From Eledone cirrhosa (lineage: Eukaryota), in assembly GCA_964016885.1 (NCBI GenBank), contig OZ024741.1, positions 105,648,001 to 105,712,000 on the forward strand: DNA of 64,000 bases. The letters are read 5' to 3'. Under the pieces are notes generated by a model. The model was not told where the DNA came from and made no database searches. It saw nothing but the letters and a program-made list of their open reading frames with translations. A program made the translations under genes and the position numbers. Below are positions 51,532 to 63,257 of the stretch, piece after piece (within the stretch, counting starts at the first letter, position 1; each line of letters opens with the position of its first letter).

Positions 51532-54116
51532 CCGGACGACCGGACTTCTTTAGGCGCCTGGGGACCTTTCTGGGTACATCTCGCCCTTTACTGTTAGTGG
51601 GGGATTGGAAAGGCATCTTAGACGCACACTAGATTGTGTGGGAGTAGCTGATAGGAGCGGGGGAGGGGGGTGCAAAAGCCTCAAGCACCTAATCAGCCAG
51701 TTCCAACTGTCTGACAGGTATCAACTAGATTTCCCCAATGCGCCAGTGTGGACATGGACGAACCACATGGAGTCATCTAGATCGTATATAGACAGGATCT
51801 TCATTATGAAAATAGATAGAAATAGTGTAGGCTGCCCACTTTTTAAAACGGTCGCCTATTCAGATCACAAATTTGTGATCTGTTTAGTCGACCTAGATAA
51901 AACACGTAGATTGGGACCGGGTTACTGGAAGCTGAACATGTCATTTTCGGCATGTAAGGCTTACAGGGACCGAGTCAACAATTTAGTTAAGCAAAAGTTG
52001 ACAGGGGGGATCATCAACAACAGATAGTGGAGGGCTTTCAAAAGAGAGATTAGAGTAACTTCAATAGAGTTCAGCAAAGAACTAGCGTTAGAGAAAAATA
52101 GAAAGGAGGGGAGCTGGTAGATAAGTTAGAGAAGGCTATTTGTAGTGGCATTGCAACTGACGTGTTAGCGGCGAGAATGGCATTAGACCATTTCTTCAAT
52201 GTGAAACACGAAGGTTGCATTGTCAGAGCTAAGGCACGTGCGCTGAGAAACGAGGGAACCAAAGCTGTTTGATGGGCCCGCGTGGCGGAGGCGCACCATG
52301 GTAATAAAACCACAATTCGGTCTTTGGCGGACCGAGATGGACACGAGATAAGTGATTCCAAGCAGATGTGTGAGGCCTTTCACCAGCACTTTGCTCAGTT
52401 GTTCGGGGAGAGTGACGGGTCAGAGAGAGAAGCTGGAGCTGTTGCAGGGCATCTCGCTCAAACCGGGACGTGGAAGGGCTGTGTCGGCTTATGTGGACGA
52501 TATCACCGTGATGGTGTCGGACACCTCAGAAATCGAGGTGGTCGGCAACTTATTGGAGGAATATGAACAGTTGACGGGAGCAAAACTCGGTGACGGTGGG
52601 CTTGCAACTCGGCACCTGGAGAGGCAAGTCCATGTTGCCCAACAGTATCGTTGGGTGCTAGACGGACGGACCGGTAAAGTTGCTCGGGGTTTGGTTCGGG
52701 CCAGACCTCCAGGTGGATAAGAATTAGGACAAGGTAACGAGCAGGGTAGCCAGTCTCATCCATAAATGGTCTGCGAGGAAGCTATCGCTGAAAGGTTGCG
52801 CAGAGGTGGCGAATGCGTACATCGCGTCCGTCATCTAATATCGCCTGACCGTCGTGCCTTGCCTCCATCCATGCCTCGTCAAGCTGGAACGGCTCCTCTT
52901 CAAATTCTTGGAAGAGACAAGTTCCATTGGTGAGGCGGTCCATCTGCTGCCAACGCCCTCTACGCGGAGGGCTGGGCATGCCGTGGCTAATGATGGGCAG
53001 ACATGCGCTGAGGCTGTGACATCTCCAGATATTCTGCCTAAACGGTGAACAAGTGTGGTCGCCGTTTATCAGACGGGCCTTTCCGCAGCTCGTTTCTTTG
53101 ACTGAGTTGCAGTCCTGGGTCAAGAAGAGACCGAGACTGGGTGACTGGCACCTGGAATGTTGCCAGGCACTCACTGCCCTCTACCAAGCGGGCAATGTGA
53201 TCAGTGGAACTTACACTCTCGAGTTCTATAGAGGATTAATGGTGGGCAAGTGTGATGACACACTCGGAGAAGCTTTGGGCCTCGACGAAGTCGAACTGAC
53301 CAGTCTGTACCGGAGGACTTTTGAGCCGGGGATGATGGACAATTTCCAGAAATCCCTCACTTAGTAGTGCTACCGGGGGGGGGGGGGCACTGCCGGTTCG
53401 GGATAAACTCTACAGGCATGGAAGTGCTGTGAGACGGACCTGCCCTGCCCAAGATACGCACAGAGTGACGAAACCGTTCTGCACGCACTTGTCCAATGTC
53501 CGTGCATTACTGACTTGTGGAGTTACGTCGAACAGCTACGGTCACGTGTGGTACGGATCTGGCTATCGGCCAAGTCCATAGTGAAGATCGGCCCGCCACC
53601 TTCCTTTGGTCAGGAAGAGCAGGCAACTTTCCTCTGTCTGGTGGCCGTTGTGAAAGAGGTTATATGGTGGACCAGATTGAAAGGACTGAAGACAGACACT
53701 TTTCTCTTCGGCCAATCCCTCATCAACTTCTTCAAGTTTCACCTGGAAAGGAAGGTGAGGGTGGAGAGAGAAGTGCTGCCCCCCAGTACATTTGCTAAAA
53801 GGTGGATGAATGTGGAGAGAATGGCCCGTGTGAATGGGCCTACTCTGACCATGCGCCTATAGGCTAGCTAACTTGAGGAGAGGGGTGCTCTCCCTGGGTG
53901 CCCTAGAAGCGAAGGGTGGTTCAGGATTGGTGGGGTACCTGAGTCACCCCTAGGTCGTCCACCCCTATAGGGGAATTTATTTTGTTATATTTATAGTTTA
54001 TTTTATATTTTTTATATCTTCATTGTTGAATTTTTACTCAACCTTATTGTAAACCCCACTGTCCCTGTCTTTGTATTGTCCCCTACATGTCGACCCATGT
54101 GGCTAATAAATGAAAT
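51532..54116 (+). mobile_element. Tx1-clade LINE ORF2 remnant (EN end, large RT deletion, zf-RVT, 3' UTR)
   Basis: SRSYIDRI, SDHK, GPGYWKLN; AYVDDI; LSLKG.AEVAN; GGLG.P; ETVLHALVQC; AATAAA near 54105; junction at ~52425 lacks most of RT. Confidence 0.92.
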
Positions 54117-54134
54117 CATTGTTATTATTATATA

Positions 54135-54346
54135 GGGCGGTGGATTGGCAGTATCGGTAGAGGGTTGGGCGCCATGCTTTGATGCATAGAGTTACGGTCC
54201 TTGCCATTCTGAGTTCAAATCCCGCCGAGGTTAACTTTGCCTTTCATCCTTACGGGGTCGATAAAATAAAGTACCAGTAATGTACTGGGTAATTGCTGGC
54301 CTTGTGCCAAAAGTAGAAACAATTATTATTATTATTATTATTATTA
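54135..54346 (+). mobile_element. SINE family B, full length, followed by (AGT/AGC)n to 54550
   Basis: As for 51328-51531. Confidence 0.92.
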
Positions 54347-54396
54347 GTAGTAGTAGTAGTAGTAGTAGCAGCAGCAGCAGCAGCAGCAGCCGCAAC

Positions 54397-54442
<46 letters not shown>

Positions 54443-54479
54443 ATAGCAACAGTAGTAGTGGCGGCAGCAGAGCAGCAGC

Positions 54480-54526
<47 letters not shown>

Positions 54527-54739
54527 AAGTAGTAGTAGTAGTAGTAGTTATTGACACATCAATATCAATATATGACCTACTGACCTAACATCAATAAAGT
54601 AAACAAAATCAATCAGTTAACCGATTCCTAATCTAAACAGTTCATCAATTCTTCGTTAATTTGATTGACTTTGAAGTAGCCAAACATCAGAAACAGCATT
54701 TATGACATTTTCTGTTTGTCTTGAGGTCCTTAACAACTA

Positions 54740-54985
54740 GTGGCATGCAGCTTAGTGATAAGTGTGTTGGACTTACTATCATAATATTGTGGGTTTGATT
54801 CCTGGACTGGGTTGTGTGTTGTGTTCTTGAGCAAAACACTTCATTTCACATTGCTCCAGTACACTCAGCTGAAAATGAATACCAGCAGTAGATAGAGGGG
54901 AAGTCTTGCTTAATGCCATGCAAACCAGAATAAGCACCAGCCTGATGGGAATTCAGGCTTAAGATAGACTTTAGACTTTAGACAT
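54740..54985 (+). mobile_element. CORE-SINE with alternative tail
   Basis: Homologous to 16238-16480. Confidence 0.75.
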
Positions 54986-55009
54986 AAACAACACCACACT
55001 TCCAAATAT

Positions 55010-55445
55010 GGAGTTATAACCAAATCACAGATTTACCATGTTCCCATGAGCTTACAGATTTACCCTGTACTAGCCAGGTCACAGATCTACCATGTACCCA
55101 CCAAATCATAGATTCACCATCTATCCACCAAGTCACAGATTTACCATGTACCCATCAAGTCACATATTCCCCATGTACTCACCAGGTCACAGATTCACCC
55201 ATGGGGTATTGTCAGTGGGGGTGGTTGGTGGTGAAAATGTTGGGTACCAGTGTGATACAGTAATATGTTGATGTTGCTATATCCATGTTCTTGGATTTCT
55301 CTAGATTAACAGAAAATATAAAATTTTTCAGTTGATGTTGCTATATCCATGTTCCTGGATTTCTCTAGATTAACAGAAAATATAAAAATGTTCAGTTGAT
55401 GTTGCTATGCCTATGTTGCTGGATTTCTCTAGATTAGAAGAAAAC
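55010..55445. repeat. Two adjacent tandem arrays (~27-bp x7; ~64-bp x3)
   Basis: CACAGATTTACCATGTACCCACCAAGT-like units 55010-55200; GTTGATGTTGCTATATCCATGTTC.TGGATTTCTCTAGATTAACAGAAAATATAAAA units 55267-55445. Confidence 0.85.
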
Positions 55446-55534
55446 AATTTTTTTTATTTCAGATATAGAAATGCTAATAACTTCCTCTTCAATCAGTTGT
55501 CATATTCTATTTATAATCACCAGAAAACACCCAC

Positions 55535-55566
55535 CATTCCATGTCTATTGTTGAGTATAATTGGCA
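55535..55566 (-). CDS. Candidate micro-exon (32 nt, phase 1-0): (V)PIILNNRHGM
   Basis: Acceptor GTATTTCCTCTAG, donor ATG|GTGGGT. Confidence 0.28.
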
Positions 55567-56094
55567 CTAGAGGAAATACATCCATCCAACCATCCATCCA
55601 TCCATACATACATACACACATATATATCATCATCAGCAGCATTTAACATTTGCTTTCCCTGCCAATTTCCCCATGTTACTGACCTCTCAATCAGGCCATG
55701 TGCCATATCTCGATTATATTTCTTCACTTTGCAGAGTATATTATGTGACTTTTATCATGACACAAGCACCGATTTGGTTGTCATGTTTTTGACATGACTG
55801 AAAAGTTCTCTCGACCCTTTGTTTGGTAAGTTTCCTTTTATTGAATGCTCTTTCTATCATCAACCACTTTACAAAATGTATTGGGTGCAATTTATCATAG
55901 CAACACTATGGAGGTTGCCTTGTCCTTGACACAACTGAAGGGACCTATCTATGCTATAAGATAGGATGGAGAGATGAGGACCTATTGTATATACATCTTG
56001 TACATATAAACACAATTTATGTAAAAAAGAAACAAATCAATGAAACATGGTTAGTAAAAATACAAAAAACAAAACAAAAACAGAAGATGTGTAT

Positions 56095-56440
56095 GTATGG
56101 ACCTATAACTCTCGAGGGAGTTTTAGGGGCGCCACATTGACATACAGCATATCTTGGGCATTTTTAAAACCCAGCAGAGCCCATCTCCTCTCCAGGTTTG
56201 AATATAGCTGATTTCTTTCAGAGAAAGATAGAGAGTAAGAAAATGAAAGTGAGAAAGAGATATAGAGGAAGATCGACCCCAGTACTAGACTGATACTTTT
56301 TTTATAGACTTCAAATGAGTGAAAGACAAAGTTAACCTTGGCGGGGTTTGAACTGTGAGAACAGAGCCAAAACGAATACTGCATAGTCATAGTCATTAGA
56401 ATAGATATTCTAATGACTCTGTTAATTCACTGCCTTAGAA
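56095..56440 (-). mobile_element. SINE family B with long alternative tail
   Basis: Homologous to 17295-17580. Confidence 0.7.
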
Positions 56441-57769
56441 AATGTGTTAACTGCACAAATTACATGATACAGCAGGGAATACTGGTGCTGCTTTCTAATG
56501 AGGCCAATCAAGCAACCAAGGCATTACTGCAGATGATAGCAAGGCTAAAACGCTGGAAAAACCAAGCACCCTCATGAGCATCATCTGATGATATAGTGAA
56601 CAGATGTACTTAGTACAGCAGATTACTTTTAATTAGAATAACTAATTACAATTAATTATTGTTTACCACAATATCTGTTGTCACTGTTTATATTTTTGTA
56701 ATTATTTCTTTTATTGTTGTTTTAGAGTTTGTTCACCATTGCCATTGCCAATTTAATTATTGCCATGATGATGCCATTGCTCATTCTAATTATCATGAAT
56801 ATCATTGTTATTGAATATTAAATTAACTCTAAATTAATTTAATATTCAAAATTCGTGACTCGTTCAACAGTTCTAAAAAATAGATTATTTATTATTTTGT
56901 TATTATCATTAATATTATCGTTATTATTATTGTTCAGTAAAGCACTAGGGTCGATTTAATTGATTTTCCCCTCCCCCAAAGTTGTTGGCCTTGTGTCTAA
57001 ATCAGAAACCATTATTGTTGTTGTTATCCATAATCTGTTGTTCTTCATGTTGCTATATATCCGCTGTTGCTATTGCTGCCGAATCAGATGTATTCTTTTT
57101 TTTAATTTCTTTTTCCATTTCAGTAAATCTATCCACATGTTCAGACTCCCTCTCTCATTGAGAGGAGGCTTCAGAAATAATGCTGTCAATTCAACTCTCT
57201 ATCATCAGTTGGTGTTAAAACCTGCCATTCATTAGATTTTCTAAGCTAGTGAAGCAAAAGAAAAATGAAACAAAATTTCACAATCTTCTTAACACAGTAA
57301 AGTAGTAAAGTTATTGAAACTGACTTTGTTCCCCACTTTTCTTTTTAGAACTACCACCTTTCTGTCGCCTCCAAACGGAACTTAATATTTGATTTAAAAC
57401 ACCTTCAAAGCTGTCAATTACGATCACCATCATCAATAACATCATCACTATCACCATCACCATTATCATCACAGTCATGATCATCATAATCAACAACAGC
57501 CAAGACCCTTCTCATCCCCCTCCTCTACATCATCATAATTATCATCATCATCATCATCAATAGTCATGACCTTCTTCCCCCTCCTCCTCCTCCTCCTCGT
57601 CTTCCTCATCCTCCTCCTGCATCATCATCATCATTATCATCATCATCAACATAATTCTTAAGTGAAGAATTTCTGTATAAAGAAATGTTAGGTAAAATAT
57701 TGTGGCAAGAAAGAACCTTTTAAAAGATTCTGAGGTGGAGAATTGTGGAAGAAATCAACATTATTAGAA

Positions 57770-59060
57770 ATATGGTGAAGTAGAGTACAGTATGTAGAGT
57801 ACTGAAGTAGTAATAAAGAGTACTGGTATGTCAATGTAGATTGCTGAAGTGGTAGTATAGAGTACTGAAGTGGTAGTGTAGAGTGTTGAGGTGGTAGTGT
57901 AGAGTACTGAAGTGGTAGTCTAGAGTACTGTACTGGTAGTGTAGAGTGTTGAAGTGGTAGTGTAGAGTACCGAAGTGGTAGTGTAGAGTACTGAAGTGGT
58001 AGTGTAGAGTACTGAAGTGGTAGTGTAGAGTGTTGAAGTGGTAGTGTAGAATACAGAAGTGGTAGTGTAGAGTTCTGAAGTGGCAGTGTAGAGTACTGTA
58101 CTGGTATTGTAGAATGTTGAATTGGTAGTGTAGAGTGTTGAAGTGGTAGTGTAGAGTACTGAAGTGGTAGTGTAGAATACTGAAGTGGTAGTGTAGAGTG
58201 TTGAAGTGGTAGTGTAGAGTTCTGAAGTGGTAGTGTAGAATACTGAAGTGGTAGTGTAGAGTGTTGAAGTGGCAGTGTAGAGTTCTGAAGTGGTAGTGTA
58301 GAATACTGAAGTGGTAGTGTAGAGTGTTGAAGTGGTAGTGTAGAGTTCTGAAGTGGTACTGTAGAGTACTGAAGTGGTAGTGTAGAGTACTGAAGTGGTA
58401 GTGTAGAGTACTATAGTGGTAGTGTGGAATACTGAAGTGGTAGTGTAGAGTGTTGAAGTGGTAGTGTAGAGTACTGAAGTGGTAATGTAGAGTACTGAAG
58501 TGGTAGTGTAGAGTACTGAAGTGGTAGTGTAGAGTGTTGAAGTGGCAGTGTAGAGTACTGAAGTGGTAGTGTTGAAGTGGTAGTGTAGAGTACTGAAGTG
58601 GCAGTGTAGAACACTGAAGTGGTAGTGTAGAGTACTGAAGTGGTAGTGTATAGTGTTGAAGTGGTAGTGTAGAGTGTTGAAGTGGTAGTGTAGAGTACTG
58701 ATGTGGTGGTGTAGAGTACTGAAGTGGTAGTGTAGAGTGTTGAAATGGTAGTGTAGTGTGTTGAAGTGGTACTGTAGAGTGTTGAAGTGGTGGTGTAGAG
58801 TACTGAAGTGGTAGTGTAGAGTACTGAAGTGGTAGTGTAGCATGTTGAAGTGGTAGTGTAGAGTGTTGAAATGGTAGTGTAGAGTACTGAAGTGGTAGTG
58901 TAGAGTACTGAAGTGGTAGTGTAGAGTACTGAAGTGTCAGTGTAGAGTACTGAAGTGGTAGTGTAGAGTACTGAAGTGGTAGTGTAGAGTGTTGAAGTGG
59001 TAGTGTAGAGTACTGAAGTGGCAGTGTAAAGTACTGAAGTGGTAGTGTAGAGTACTGTTG
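57770..59060. repeat. 21-bp minisatellite, ~60 units
   Basis: Unit GTAGAGTACTGAAGTGGTAGT with variant GTAGAGTGTTGAAGTGGTAGT; yields stop-free heptad ORFs on the minus strand. Confidence 0.97.
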
Positions 59061-59518
59061 CATGTAAGAGACAGATGTGGTAATAAATGATCAAATATGT
59101 ATATGGTGGAATGGAACCTATAAATTATTGGTTAATAGATACTATAGTGTAATTGGCAGTGTAGTGTAATGTAGTTGGTAGTGTAGCTGTCAGTGTAGGT
59201 GGCAGTGTTATGAGGTGCATTTGACAGTGTAGCTGGTCATGTAGGTGGCTGAGAAGGTGGCAGTGTAGCTAGCAGAGTAATGAGGTGCATGTGGCAGTGT
59301 AATGAAGTGCATCTGGCAGTATAATGTATCTGGTAGTGTAGGTGGCAGTGTAATGTATCTGGCAGTGTAATGAGGTGCAGCTGTCAGTTTATCTAATAGA
59401 GTATCTGGTAGTGTAGCTATCAGTGTAGCTGGTAGTGTATATGTCAGTATAGCTAGCAGTGTAGGTGGCAGTGTACCTGGCACTGTAATGAAGAGCAGCT
59501 GTCAGTGTAATGTATTAC

Positions 59519-59577
59519 CATTGTTGAGTTTGCAATGAAGTGTTATTAAATAGTCTGACAGTTTATCAATGAAACAG
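59519..59577 (-). CDS. Candidate coding exon (59 nt, phase 2-1): CFIDKLSDYLITLHCKLNN
   Basis: Acceptor TTCCCTCCTCCTTCCTTACAG, donor ATG|GTAATA; only one open frame. Confidence 0.35.
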
Positions 59578-60409
59578 CTGTAAGGAAGGAGGAGGGAACT
59601 AATGGAATAATTAATATTCTACACATTTGTTGATAACCTTTTATACACTTCACGTGTTAAGAAACCTCTCAAAGATGTTTGAGAGATAGAGACAATCTTG
59701 ACATAAGTGAAGCCAAACGTTTGGTAGTGATACAGTAAAATAATACAAAGTTGAGATGTTGTCTGTTAGAGAGATGTAGGGAAAAGGAAGACCACTTCAT
59801 CGCAGAGAATTAATGGTATATTCCAAAACTTATCCCCCCCCCCTCTCTACCTCCTACTCATAGTACATTAACTTCCTTTTGTAGCGATTTTACAGTTTTG
59901 TTTTTACTTTGTCTAGTAAAACTCCCACCCTTAACACCATCACTATCACCCCACCACCACTGCCACCATTACTGCTACAATTAAGCTAACAAGAAATTTT
60001 ACTCTATTTAACCTAAGCAAAAAATCAAAAATACTTTCTCTAATATCTTATAAATTCTGTTTAGTAAAACATTTATAATTTCCAAGAAATCTAAAATTCC
60101 TCTTGGTCTTCAATATTAATGTATTTCTATGTTCTGTTGTGTGTTATGTTTCTAGGAAATACATTGTCTGGATTATATTTGGTCCACAATTTAAAGCTAG
60201 CAATATATGATTCCATTTGTCAGCTTTGTATAGTTTTTCTTTTAAAAGAAAGCTTTTACTATTGTATGAACCAATCCAGAGACATACAAATCATTTACTA
60301 TCATAGCTGTCATGATTTTATTGGATTGTATTCCAAAGCACACATAGACATGTCTCTCATAGAAAATACAGATACACAACTTATCTAGGATAACTGATCA
60401 TAGAACATT

Positions 60410-60595
60410 GTGGATTGGCAGTATCGGTAGAGAGTCGGACGCCATGCTTTCCAGCATAGTTACGTCCCTTTACGGTCTGAGTTCAAATCCCTCCGAGGTT
60501 TACTTTGCCTTTCATCCTTACGGGGTCAATAAAATAAAGTACCAGTAATGCACTGGCTAATTGCTGGCCTTGTGCCTGAAGTAGAAACAATTATT
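60410..60595 (+). mobile_element. SINE family B
   Basis: Matches 51328-51531. Confidence 0.9.
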
Positions 60596-60914
60596 TCAAA
60601 TGCTGTGAAACACTATTTGATCATATTTCTAAATAAAAAATACTACCTGTGTTGTTTTGTTTTGATAAATTTTGAAAATATCTAAAAGTTTGGAGGAATT
60701 TAGTAAAATAAATTTATCATTAGTAAATTGGTGTTTGGAATATAACTTAAACATTTCTGATAATTTTAAATTATCAGTATAAGTGACATATTAAAACAGT
60801 CAGTTTTGTATCATAGAAACTGGGATGGTTTTCAGGCAGGTTGATGTCAAATTGACGGTAAGGATGTCATACACTGTAGTATGTATTGACTGTAGAGTTG
60901 ACAGTACAGGCGTA

Positions 60915-61150
60915 TTAATGGTGATAGTGGTGATGATGATAATGGTAGTGATGATGGTAATGATGATGATGGTGATGATGATGGTGATGATGGTGCTGAT
61001 AGTGATGATGGTGGTTATGATGATGATGGTGATGAGGATGATGGTGATGAGGATGATGGTGATGATAGTGATGATGGTGGTAGTGATGATGGTGGTGGTG
61101 ATGGTAGTGGTGGTGGTGATGGTGGTGGTGATGGTGTTAGTAGTAGTAGG
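60915..61150. repeat. (GAT/GGT)n microsatellite
   Basis: Direct reading. Confidence 0.95.
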
Positions 61151-61210
61151 TGTGTCTATGTCTGTATGTGTGTATGTATGTATGTATATGTATGTATATA
61201 TGTATGTATA

Positions 61211-61768
61211 TCATGGTTGGGTCGTTGGCGACTAAACTGGCAACCCCACCAAGGTTTCTTGGTGAGGAGGGTGACTTTGGACATCCTGCAGGACTAAAAA
61301 CAAAACCTGTCAAAGGGCAAAGGAGCTCTTAAGAGTCAATGGCCATCCAAAATCACCGGGAGAGATGACCCCTTAGCCTTTGTCAAGGCAGAATTCTAGG
61401 AGAAGGAAAACTCTGATATAACACCTGCAACCCTGATGGTATCCAATGATGTTGACTTGTTCTTCTTTTTGGTAAATATCATCTTGGTTAAGAGAGTGGG
61501 ACTGGCTTTGTGCAGTGCCTTTGCTCACTATAAAAGCTTCACGGCACAGGCATTGCTTTATATCTGGAGATCTCTCTGCACTTGTCATCACATGGTACCA
61601 TGGGCCCAGCACTATGTGTCAATAATTGTCACAAGTGTAGTGTTTGTACCAGAGTTTTCAAGTCGCTGGCTGGACTAAAAAGTCACACTCGTTCAGCACA
61701 TCGGTAGGGGTTCTCCTACATGGATATAAATTAGTGACCGTACTCAAAAACGAGTTGGCAGCCACCAT
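61211..61768 (+). mobile_element. 5'-truncated copy of the ~600-bp non-coding RTE-like family
   Basis: Nearly identical to 43539-44097; flanked by TATG microsatellite. Confidence 0.85.
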
Positions 61769-61805
61769 ATGTATGTATATATGTATGTATGTGCATGTAT
61801 ATCTA

Positions 61806-62333
61806 TGTCGGGTCACTCTTGCATGCTACTGGTAACATGTAACCCAGTACAACCTGTCGCATGGTCGGGTCATCCGCGACTAAACCAGCAACCCCGACAA
61901 GTTTACTTGGTGAGGAGGGTGATTTTGGACACCCTACAGGACAAAAAACAAAACCTGACAAAGGGTGGAAGAACTCATAAGAGTCAACGGCCATCCAAAA
62001 TTGTGTAAATATGTATGTAGACATGTACCGCGCGGTTAAACCACTGGGAGTGAAGGACCCCTAGCCTTTGTCAGGGCATTCTTCTAGGAGAAGGCAACTC
62101 AGGAAACTGGGATAACTCCGATATAAAACCTGCAGCTCAGTAGTTACTGATGATATTGATCTTTTCTTCTTTTCGGGTTATAGCTACTGTCGCTCAGAGA
62201 GTGGGATTGGCTCAGTGCACAGTCTTTCCTCACTTTAAAAAATATCTTCATGCACAGGCATTGCACAATAGAATTAATTAATAATGGTATATCGTGCAAT
62301 GGCCATACTCGATAACGAGGGGGCAGCCATCAT
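61806..62333 (+). mobile_element. Diverged subfamily of the same ~600-bp family, in tandem
   Basis: GCTACTGGTAACATGTAACCCAGTACAACCTGT, CTAGGAGAAGGCAACTC, GAGAGTGGGATTGGC, 3' CTCG-ATAA-CGAG..GGCAGCCATCAT. Confidence 0.8.
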
Positions 62334-62555
62334 GTGCATGTATGTGTGTGTGTGTGTTTATGTATATAAGTATGAATGCATGCATATATGTATGTGTGTA
62401 TGCACACACATACTGCCAATAAATTGGCTGTATGACTCTCCCAAAGGATAATAATATGTTTCAATACGTGATTTTACATCCAGAATCTTACAAAACAAAT
62501 ACAAAAACGGAGTACACACACACATACATATATATATATATTATAACTATTATAT

Positions 62556-62662
62556 TCCGCCGAGGTTAACTTTGCCTTTCATCCTTACGGGGGTCGATAA
62601 AATAAAGTACCAGTAATACACTGGGTAATTGCTGGCCTTGTACCAAAAGTAGAAACAATTAT
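62556..62662 (+). mobile_element. SINE family B, 5'-truncated
   Basis: 3' half of family consensus. Confidence 0.85.
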
Positions 62663-62835
62663 ATATATATATATATATGCAAAAGTTCTGTTTAAATTGT
62701 TGGGATACAACAAGTAAATATTTTTATAACTGATATAAAGCACTCGACAAGTATTTGGAGTAGATGGCTTCCAAAAGTAACAGTCGCATTTTGAAAGGGT
62801 ACGTCAATGTTTATTTATAAAACTGGTATATATTG

Positions 62836-62900
62836 TATTTTGTCTGATGAAGGCATACCTTAATTTAGCTTGGTATCCTTGAAATATGTATAATGAAATA
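62836..62900 (+). ncRNA. Minimal type I hammerhead ribozyme motif (second copy)
   Basis: Stem I TATTTTGT/ATGAAATA, CTGATGA 62844-50, stem II AGG.ATACC-loop-GGTATCCT, GAAA 62881-84, T-ATGT-A-TA; flanks homologous to 24880-25000. Confidence 0.65.
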
Positions 62901-63257
62901 AATATGGTTTTATAAATATAGTTTCCATTTGTTAATATCGTATATATATATATATAATATTTTGAGAAAGACATAGAAAGTATATAGATTTTAAATAAAT
63001 ATATAACTGCATCTATTTAAGCATAGATGAACATATAGATATATAAGTAGTGTAAATTAGTATCTCACCAAGCTATACACAACTATTGAAGAATACAGAT
63101 CGATAACTCTCCTGATAAATAGTCAAATTGGTGCTATATGACCTATTATACACATATTTAGAGTCGGATACTATTTTGTAGACAATATGTGTGTGTGTGT
63201 ATGCATACATACACACATACATATATGCACGTAAACATACTTACGTACACGCACACA

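Noticed and set aside
51328-54346. LTR retrotransposon (direct repeats flanking RT)
   Set aside because: Flanking repeats are two different SINE-B variants without TG..CA, PBS or PPT; interior is a non-LTR Tx1 ORF2.
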